From Eledone cirrhosa (taxonomy: Eukaryota): a stretch of 64,000 bases of DNA. This document shows, piece after piece, positions 52,175 to 64,000 of this stretch. Positions within the stretch are counted from its first letter, which is position 1. Each line of letters begins with the position of its first letter. The DNA lies in the NCBI GenBank assembly GCA_964016885.1, contig OZ024742.1, positions 288,486,001 through 288,550,000 of the forward strand, in the 5' to 3' direction. The notes under the pieces are model-generated. The model was given only the letters and a program-made list of their open reading frames with translations, ran no database searches and was not told the origin of the DNA. Made by a program: the position numbers and the translations under genes.

Positions 52175-55100
52175 TGTACCAACATACACACACACACATA
52201 CACTATAGTAGGTGGTGTACCAACAGTCACAGACACACACACACTATAGTAGGTGGTGTACCAACAGTCACAGATACACACACACACACTATAGTAGGTG
52301 GTGTACCAACAGTCACACACACACACACACTAGTAGGTGGTGTACCAACAGGCACACACACACACTAGAGTAGGTGGTGTACCAATAGTCACACATACTA
52401 CAGCAGGTGGTGTACTAACACACAGACGCACTACAGTAGGTGGTGTACTAACACACAGACGCACTACAGTAGGTGGTGTACCAACAGTCACAGACACACA
52501 CACACACACTATAGTAGGTGGTGTACCAACAGTCACAGACACACACATACGCTATAGTAGGTGGTGTACCAAGGGTCACAGATACACACACACACACTAT
52601 AGTAGGTGGTGTACCAACAGTCACAGACACACACACACACGCTATAGTAGGTGGTGTACCAACAGTCACAGACACACACACACTAGTAGGTGGTGTACCA
52701 ACAGGCACACACACACACACTAGAGTAGGTGGTGTACCAACAGTCACAGACACACGCACACACTACAGTAGGTGGTGTACCAACAGTCACAGACACACAC
52801 ACACACACTATAGTAGGTGGTGTACCAACAGTCACAGACACACACACACACACACACTATAGTAGGTGGTGTACCAACAGTCACAGACACACACATACAC
52901 TATAGTAGGTGGTGTACCAACAGACACACACACACACACTATAGTAGGTGGTGTACCAACAGTCACAGACACACACACACACTATAGTAGGTGGTGTACC
53001 AACAGTCACAGACACACACACACTATAGTAGGTGGTGTACCAACAGTCACAGACACACACATACACTATAGTAGGTGGTGTACCAACAGTCACAGACACA
53101 CACATACACTATAGTAGGTGGTGTACCAACAGTCACAGATACACACACACACACTATAGTAGGTGGTGTACCAACAGTCACAGACACACACACACACTAT
53201 AGTAGGTGGTGTACCAACAGTCACAGTCACACACACACACACTATAGTAGGTGGTGTACCAACAGTCACAGACACACACACACACTATAGTAGGTGGTGT
53301 ACCAACAGTCACAGATACACACACACACACTATAGTAGGTGGTGTACCAACAGTCACAGATACACACACACACACTATAGTAGGTGGTGTACCAACAGTC
53401 ACAGATACACACAGACACACTATAGTAGGTGGTGTACCAACAGTCACAGATACACACACACACACTATAGTAGGTGGTGTACCAACAGTCACAGATACAC
53501 ACACACACACTATAGTAGGTGGTGTACCAACAGTCACAGACACACACACACACACTATAGTAGGTGGTGTACCAACACTCACAGACACACACACACACTA
53601 TAGTAGGTGGTGTACCAACAGTCACAGACACACACACACACTATAGTAGGTGGTGTACCAACAGTCACAGATACACACACACACACTATAGTAGGTGGTG
53701 TACCAACAGTCACAGACACACACACACACACTATAGTAGGTGGTGTACCAACAGTCACAGACACACACACACACTATAGTAGGTGGTGTACCAACAGTCA
53801 CAGACACACACATACACTATAGTAAGTGGTGTACCAACAGTCACAGACACACACACACACTATAGTAGGTGGTGTACCAACAGTCACAGACACACACATA
53901 AACTATAATAGGTGGTGTACCAACAGTCACAGACACACACACACACTATAGTAGGTGGTGTACCAACAGTCACAGACACACACATACACTATAGTAAGTG
54001 GTGTACCAACAGTCACAGATACACACACACACACTATAGTAGGTGGTGTACCAACAGTCACAGACACACACACACACACTATAGTAGGTGGTGTACCAAC
54101 AGTCACAGACACACATACACTATAGTAAGTGGTGTACCAACAGTCACAGATACACACACACACACTATAGTAGGTGGTGTACCAACAGTCACAGACACAC
54201 ACATACACTATAGTAGGTGGTGTACCAACAGTCACAGACACACACATACACTATAGTAGGTGGTGTACCAACAGTCACAGATACACACACACACACTATA
54301 GTAGGTGGTGTACCAACAGTCACAGATACACACACACACTATAGTAAGTGGTGTACCAACAGTCACAGACACACACATACACTACAGTAGGTGGTGTACC
54401 AACAGTCACAGATACACACACACACACTATAGTAGGTGGTGTACCAACAGTCACAGATACACACACACACACTATAGTAGGTGGTGTACCAACAGTCACA
54501 GACACACACACACACACACACACTATAGTAGGTGGTGTACCAACAGTCACAGACACACACACACACTATAGTAGGTGGTGTACCAACAGTCACACATACA
54601 CACACACACACTATAGTAGGTGGTGTACCAACAGTCACAGACACACACACACACTATAGTAGGTGGTGTACCAACAGTCACAGACACACACACACACTAT
54701 AGTAGGTGGTGTACCAACAGTCACAGACACACACACACACTATAGTAGGTGGTGTACCAACAGTCACAGATACACACACACACACTATAGTAGGTGGTGT
54801 ACCAACAGTCACAGACACACACACTAGAGTAGGTGGTGTACCAACAGTCACAGACACACGCACACACTACAGTAGGTGGTGTACCAACAGTCACAGACAC
54901 ACACACACACACTATAGTAGGTGGTGTACCAACAGTCACAGACACACACACACACACACACTATAGTAGGTGGTGTACCAACAGTCACAGACACACACAT
55001 ACACTATAGTAGGTGGTGTACCAACAGTCACAGACACACACACACACACACTATAGTAGGTGGTGTACCAACAGTCACAGACACACACACACACTATAGT

Positions 55101-58100
55101 AGGTGGTGTACCAACAGTCACAGACACACACACACTATAGTAGGTGGTGTACCAACAGTCACAGACACACACATACACTATAGTAGGTGGTGTACCAACA
55201 GTCACAGACACACACATACACTATAGTAGGTGGTGTACCAACAGTCACAGATACACACACACACACTATAGTAGGTGGTGTACCAACAGTCACAGACACA
55301 CACACACACTATAGTAGGTGGTGTACCAACAGTCACAGTCACACACACACACACTATAGTAGGTGGTGTACCAACAGTCACAGACACACACACACACTAT
55401 AGTAGGTGGTGTACCAACAGTCACAGATACACACACACACACTATAGTAGGTGGTGTACCAACAGTCACAGATACACACACACACACTATAGTAGGTGGT
55501 GTACCAACAGTCACAGATACACACACACACACACACTATAGTAGGTGGTGTACCAACAGTCACAGATACACACACACACACACTATAGTAGGTGGTGTAC
55601 CAACAGTCACAGATACACACACACACACACACTATAGTAGGTGGTGTACCAACAGTCACAGACACACACACACACACTATAGTAGGTGGTGTACCAACAC
55701 TCACAGACACACACACACACACTATAGTAGGTGGTGTACCAACAGTCACAGACACACACACACACTATAGTAGGTGGTGTACCAACAGTCACAGACACAC
55801 ACACACACTATAGTAGGTGGTGTACCAACAGTCACAGACACACACATACACTATAGTAGGTGGTGTACCAACAGTCACAGACACACACATACACTATAGT
55901 AGGTGGTGTACCAACAGTCACAGATACACACACACACACTATAGTAGGTGGTGTACCAACAGTCACAGACACACACACACACTATAGTAGGTGGTGTACC
56001 AACAGTCACAGTCACACACACACACACTATAGTAGGTGGTGTACCAACAGTCACAGACACACACACACACTATAGTAGGTGGTGTACCAACAGTCACAGA
56101 TACACACACACACACTATAGTAGGTGGTGTACCAACAGTCACAGATACACACACACACACTATAGTAGGTGGTGTACCAACAGTCACAGATACACACAGA
56201 CACACTATAGTAGGTGGTGTACCAACAGTCACAGATACACACACACACACTATAGTAGGTGGTGTACCAACAGTCACAGATACACACACACACACTATAG
56301 TAGGTGGTGTACCAACAGTCACAGACACACACACACACACTATAGTAGGTGGTGTACCAACACTCACAGACACACACACACACTATAGTAGGTGGTGTAC
56401 CAACAGTCACAGACACACACACACACTATAGTAGGTGGTGTACCAACAGTCACAGATACACACACACACACTATAGTAGGTGGTGTACCAACAGTCACAG
56501 ACACACACACACACACTATAGTAGGTGGTGTACCAACAGTCACAGACACACACACACACTATAGTAGGTGGTGTACCAACAGTCACAGACACACACATAC
56601 ACTATAGTAAGTGGTGTACCAACAGTCACAGACACACACACACACTATAGTAGGTGGTGTACCAACAGTCACAGACACACACATAAACTATAATAGGTGG
56701 TGTACCAACAGTCACAGACACACACACACACTATAGTAGGTGGTGTACCAACAGTCACAGACACACACATACACTATAGTAAGTGGTGTACCAACAGTCA
56801 CAGATACACACACACACACTATAGTAGGTGGTGTACCAACAGTCACAGACACACACACACACACTATAGTAGGTGGTGTACCAACAGTCACAGACACACA
56901 TACACTATAGTAAGTGGTGTACCAACAGTCACAGATACACACACACACACTATAGTAGGTGGTGTACCAACAGTCACAGACACACACATACACTATAGTA
57001 GGTGGTGTACCAACAGTCACAGACACACACATACACTATAGTAGGTGGTGTACCAACAGTCACAGATACACACACACACACTATAGTAGGTGGTGTACCA
57101 ACAGTCACAGATACACACACACACTATAGTAAGTGGTGTACCAACAGTCACAGACACACACATACACTACAGTAGGTGGTGTACCAACAGTCACAGATAC
57201 ACACACACACACTATAGTAGGTGGTGTACCAACAGTCACAGACACACACACACACACACACACTATAGTAGGTGGTGTACCAACAGTCACAGACACACAC
57301 ACACACTATAGTAGGTGGTGTACCAACAGTCACACATACACACACACACACTATAGTAGGTGGTGTACCAACAGTCACAGACACACACACACACTATAGT
57401 AGGTGGTGTACCAACAGTCACAGACACACACACACACTATAGTAGGTGGTGTACCAACAGTCACAGACACACACACACACTATAGTAGGTGGTGTACCAA
57501 CAGTCACAGATACACACACACACACTATAGTAGGTGGTGTACCAACAGTCACAGACACACACACTAGAGTAGGTGGTGTACCAACAGTCACAGACACACG
57601 CACACACTACAGTAGGTGGTGTACCAACAGTCACAGACACACACACACACACTATAGTAGGTGGTGTACCAACAGTCACAGACACACACACACACACACA
57701 CTATAGTAGGTGGTGTACCAACAGTCACAGACACACACATACACTATAGTAGGTGGTGTACCAACAGTCACAGACACACACACACACACTATAGTAGGTG
57801 GTGTACCAACAGTCACAGACACACACACACAGTATAGTAGGTGGTGTACCAACAGTCACAGACACACACACACTATAGTAGGTGGTGTACCAACAGTCAC
57901 AGACACACACATACACTATAGTAGGTGGTGTACCAACAGTCACAGATACACACACACACACTATAGTAGGTGGTGTACCAACAGTCACAGACACACACAC
58001 ACACTATAGTAGGTGGTGTACCAACAGTCACAGTCACACACACACACACTATAGTAGGTGGTGTACCAACAGTCACAGACACACACACACACTATAGTAG

Positions 58101-61100
58101 GTGGTGTACCAACAGTCACAGATACACACACACACACTATAGTAGGTGGTGTACCAACAGTCACAGATACACACACACACACTATAGTAGGTGGTGTACC
58201 AACAGTCACAGATACACACACACACACACACTATAGTAGGTGGTGTACCAACAGTCACAGATACACACACACACACTATAGTAGGTGGTGTACCAACAGT
58301 CACAGATACACACACACACACTATAGTAGGTGGTGTACCAACAGTCACAGACACACACACACACACTATAGTAGGTGGTGTACCAACACTCACAGACACA
58401 CACACACACACTATAGTAGGTGGTGTACCAACAGTCACAGACACACACACACACTATAGTAGGTGGTGTACCAACAGTCACAGACACACACACACACTAT
58501 AGTAGGTGGTGTACCAACAGTCACAGACACACATACACACTATAGTAGGTGGTGTACCAACAGTCACAGACACACACACACACTATAGTAGGTGGTGTAC
58601 CAACAGTCACAGATACACACACACACACTATAGTAGGTGGTGTACCAACAGTCACAGACACACACACACACACTATAGTAGGTGGTGTACCAACAGTCAC
58701 AGACACACACACACACTATAGTAGGTGGTGTACCAACAGTCACAGACACACACATACACTATAGTAAGTGGTGTACCAACAGTCACAGACACACACACAC
58801 ACTATAGTAGGTGGTGTACCAACAGTCACAGACACACACATAAACTATAATAGGTGGTGTACCAACAGTCACAGACACACACACACACTATAGTAGGTGG
58901 TGTACCAACAGTCACAGACACACACATACACTATAGTAAGTGGTGTACCAACAGTCACAGATACACACACACACACTATAGTAGGTGGTGTACCAACAGT
59001 CACAGACACACACACACACACTATAGTAGGTGGTGTACCAAGAGTCACAGACACACATACACTATAGTAAGTGGTGTACCAACAGTCACAGATACACACA
59101 CACACACTATAGTAGGTGGTGTACCAACAGTCACAGACACACACATACACTATAGTAGGTGGTGTACCAACAGTCACAGACACACACATACACTATAGTA
59201 GGTGGTGTACCAACAGTCACAGATACACACACACACACTATAGTAGGTGGTGTACCAACAGTCACAGATACACACACACACTATAGTAAGTGGTGTACCA
59301 ACAGTCACAGACACACACATACACTACAGTAGGTGGTGTACCAACAGTCACAGATACACACACACTATAGTAGGTGGTGTACCAACAGTCACAGATACAC
59401 ACACACACACTATAGTAGGTGGTGTACCAACAGTCACAGACACACACACACACACACACACTATAGTAGGTGGTGTACCAACAGTCACAGACACACACAC
59501 ACACTATAGTAGGTGGTGTACCAACAGTCACACATACACACACACACACTATAGTAGGTGGTGTACCAACAGTCACAGACACACACACACACTATAGTAG
59601 GTGGTGTACCAACAGTCACAGACACACACACACACTATAGTAGGTGGTGTACCAACAGTCACAGACACACACACACACTATAGTAGGTGGTGTACCAACA
59701 GTCACAGATACACACACACACACTATAGTAGGTGGTGTACCAACAGTCACAGACACACACACACACTATAGTAGGTGGTGTACCAACAGTCACAGACACA
59801 CACACACACACTATAGTAGGTGGTGTACCAACAGTCACAGATACACACACACACACTATAGTAGGTGGTGTACCAACAGTCACAGACACACACACACACA
59901 CTATAGTAGGTGGTGTACCAACAGTCACAGACACACACACACACACTATAGTAGGTGGTGTACCAACAGTCACAGACACACACACACACACTATAGTAGG
60001 TGGTGTACCAACAGTCACAGACACACACATACACTATAGTAAGTGGTGTACCAACAGTCACAGACACACACACAGACTATAGTAGGTGGTGTACCAACAG
60101 TCACAGATACACACACACACACTATAGTAGGTGGTGTACCAACAGTCACAGACACACACACACACTATAGTAGGTGGTGTACCAACAGTCACACACACTA
60201 CAGCAGGTGGTGTACTAACACACAGACGCACTACAGTAGGTGGTGTACTAACACACATACGCACTACAGTAGGTGGTGTACTAACACACACACACACTAC
60301 AGTAGGTGGTGTACCAACAGTCACACACACACGCAGACACTACAGTAGGTGGTGTACCAACACACAGACTAAAGTAGGTCCTGTACCAACATTCACACAC
60401 ACACTACAGTAGGTGGTGTACCAACAGTCACACACACACGCAGACACTACAGTAGGTGGTGTACCAACACACAGACTAAAGTAGGTCCTGTACCAACATT
60501 CACACACACTCTACAGTAGGTGGTGTACCAACACACACACACTACAGTAGGTGGTGTACCAACACACACACACACTACAGTAGGTGGTGTACCAACAGTC
60601 ACACACACACACACACACACACTATAGTAGGTGGTGTACCAACAGTCACACACACACACTACAGTAGGTGGTGTACCAACAGTCACAGACACACACATAC
60701 ACTACAGTAGGTGGTGTACCAACAGTCACAGATACACACACACACACTATAGTAGGTGGTGTACCAACAGTCACAGATACACACACACACACTATAGTAG
60801 GTGGTGTACCAACAGTCACAGACACACACACACACACACACACTATAGTAGGTGGTGTACCAACAGTCACAGACACACACACACACTATAGTAGGTGGTG
60901 TACCAACAGTCACACATACACACACACACACTATAGTAGGTGGTGTACCAACAGTCACAGACACACACACACACTATAGTAGGTGGTGTACCAACAGTCA
61001 CAGACACACACACACACTATAGTAGGTGGTGTACCAACAGTCACAGACACACACACACACTATAGTAGGTGGTGTACCAACAGTCACAGATACACACACA

Positions 61101-64000
61101 CACACTATAGTAGGTGGTGTACCAACAGTCACAGACACACACACACACTAGAGTAGGTGGTGTACCAACAGTCACAGACACACGCACACACTACAGTAGG
61201 TGGTGTACCAACAGTCACAGACACACACACACACACTATAGTAGGTGGTGTACCAACAGTCACAGACACACACACACACACACACTATAGTAGGTGGTGT
61301 ACCAACAGTCAGACACACACATACACTATAGTAGGTGGTGTACCAACAGTCACAGACACACACACACACACTATAGTAGGTGGTGTACCAACAGTCACAG
61401 ACACACACACACACTATAGTAGGTGGTGTACCAACAGTCACAGACACACACACACTATAGTAGGTGGTGTACCAACAGTCACAGACACACACATACACTA
61501 TAGTAGGTGGTGTACCAACAGTCACAGACACACACATACACTATAGTAGGTGGTGTACCAACAGTCACAGATACACACACACACACTATAGTAGGTGGTG
61601 TACCAACAGTCACAGACACACACACACACTATAGTAGGTGGTGTACCAACAGTCACAGTCACACACACACACACTATAGTAGGTGGTGTACCAACAGTCA
61701 CAGACACACACACACACTATAGTAGGTGGTGTACCAACAGTCACAGATACACACACACACACTATAGTAGGTGGTGTACCAACAGTCACAGATACACACA
61801 CACACACTATAGTAGGTGGTGTACCAACAGTCACAGATACACACACACACACACACTATAGTAGGTGGTGTACCAACAGTCACAGATACACACACACACA
61901 CTATAGTAGGTGGTGTACCAACAGTCACAGATACACACACACACACTATAGTAGGTGGTGTACCAACAGTCACAGACACACACACACACACTATAGTAGG
62001 TGGTGTACCAACACTCACAGACACACACACACACACTATAGTAGGTGGTATACCAACAGTCACAGACACACACACACACTATAGTAGGTGGTGTACCAAC
62101 AGTCACAGACACACACACACACTATAGTAGGTGGTGTACCAACAGTCACAGACACACATACACACTATAGTAGGTGGTGTACCAACAGTCACAGACACAC
62201 ACACACACTATAGTAGGTGGTGTACCAACAGTCACAAATACACACACACACACTATAGTAGGTGGTGTACCAACAGTCACAGACACACACACACACACTA
62301 TAGTAGGTGGTGTACCAACAGTCACAGACACACACACACACTATAGTAGGTGGTGTACCAACAGTCACAGACACACACATACACTATAGTAAGTGGTGTA
62401 CCAACAGTCACAGACACACACACACACTATAGTAGGTGGTGTACCAACAGTCACAGACACACACATGAACTATAATAGGTGGTGTACCAACAGTCACAGA
62501 CACACACACACACTATAGTAGGTGGTGTACCAACAGTCACAGACACACACATACACTATAGTAAGTGGTGTACCAACAGTCACAGATACACACACACACA
62601 CTATAGTAGGTGGTGTACCAACAGTCACAGACACACACACACACACTATAGTAGGTGGTGTACCAACAGTCACAGACACACATACACTATAGTAAGTGGT
62701 GTACCAACAGTCACAGATACACACACACACACTATAGTAGGTGGTGTACCAACAGTCACAGACACACACATACACTATAGTAGGTGGTGTACCAACAGTC
62801 ACAGACACACACATACACTATAGTAGGTGGTGTACCAACAGTCACAGATACACACACACACACTATAGTAGGTGGTGTACCAACAGTCACAGATACACAC
62901 ACACACTATAGTAAGTGGTGTACCAACAGTCACAGACACACACATACACTACAGTAGGTGGTGTACCAACAGTCACAGATACACACACACACACTATAGT
63001 AGGTGGTGTACCAACAGTCACAGATACACACACACACACTATAGTAGGTGGTGTACCAACAGTCACAGACACACACACACACACACACACTATAGTAGGT
63101 GGTGTACCAACAGTCACAGACACACACACACACTATAGTAGGTGGTGTACCAACAGTCACACATACACACACACACACTATAGTAGGTGGTGTACCAACA
63201 GTCACAGACACACACACACACTATAGTAGGTGGTGTACCAACAGTCACAGACACACACACACACTATAGTAGGTGGTGTACCAACAGTCACAGACACACA
63301 CACACACTATAGTAGGTGGTGTACCAACAGTCACAGACACACACACACACACTATAGTAGGTGGTGTACCAACAGTCACAGACACACACACACACACTAT
63401 AGTAGGTGGTGTACCAACAGTCACAGACACACACATACACTATAGTAAGTGGTGTACCAACAGTCACAGACACACACACAGACTATAGTAGGTGGTGTAC
63501 CAACAGTCACAGATACACACACACACACTATAGTAGGTGGTGTACCAACAGTCACAGACACACACACACACTATAGTAGGTGGTGTACCAACAGTCACAC
63601 ACACTACAGCAGGTGGTGTACTAAGACACAGACGCACTACAGTAGGTGGTGTACTAACACAGACGCACTACAGTAGGTGGTGTACTAACACACACACACA
63701 CTACAGTAGGTGGTGTACCAACACTCACACACACACGCAGACACTACAGTAGGTGGTGTACCAACACACAGACTAAAGTAGGTCCTGTACCAACATTCAC
63801 ACACACACTACAGTAGGTGGTGTACCAACAGTCACACACACACGCAGACACTACAGTAGGTGGTGTACCAACACACAGACTAAAGTAGGTCCTGTACCAA
63901 CATTCACACACACTCTACAGTAGGTGGTGTACCAACACACACACACTACAGTAGGTGGTGTACCAACACACACACACACACACACTACAGTAGGTGGTGT
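52175..64000. repeat. >11.8 kb intronic minisatellite, 41-49 bp unit, with higher-order repeats
   Basis: Unit CTATAGTAGGTGGTGTACCAACAGTCACAGA(CA)n, roughly 265-270 copies estimated from length; runs to the window end. Confidence 0.97.

Noticed and set aside
52175-64000. CRISPR-like array or repetitive protein ORFs (HYSRWCTNSHR / TIVGGVPTVTD)
   Set aside because: The 'spacers' are only (CA)n length variants, there are no cas genes, the context is a eukaryotic intron, and the ORFs frameshift with CA length.

Overview
AT-rich, microsatellite-laden animal genomic DNA. The SINE/RTE repeat landscape resembles a coleoid cephalopod such as Octopus (inference). Three spliced genes were reconstructed by hand with phase-consistent GT-AG junctions: an RNF166-like RING E3 ligase (minus strand, 3 exons, runs off the left edge), a divergent CENP-K kinetochore subunit (plus strand, 8 coding exons) and the 5' half of RAD54B (plus strand, 13 coding exons). 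The next RAD54B intron holds a >11.8 kb ~44-bp minisatellite with higher-order structure. Introns and intergenic DNA contain RTE LINE fragments, CRE-like RLE retrotransposon fragments, Gypsy pol relics, a Tc1/mariner relic and tRNA-derived SINEs. The most striking unexplained signal is a set of long near-perfect palindromes embedded in (TA)n tracts. Several carry minimal hammerhead ribozyme cores (CUGANGA...GAAA...UH, usually with a palindromic stem III), most likely fold-back remnants of Penelope-like elements. All coordinates were counted by eye and may be off by a few bases.
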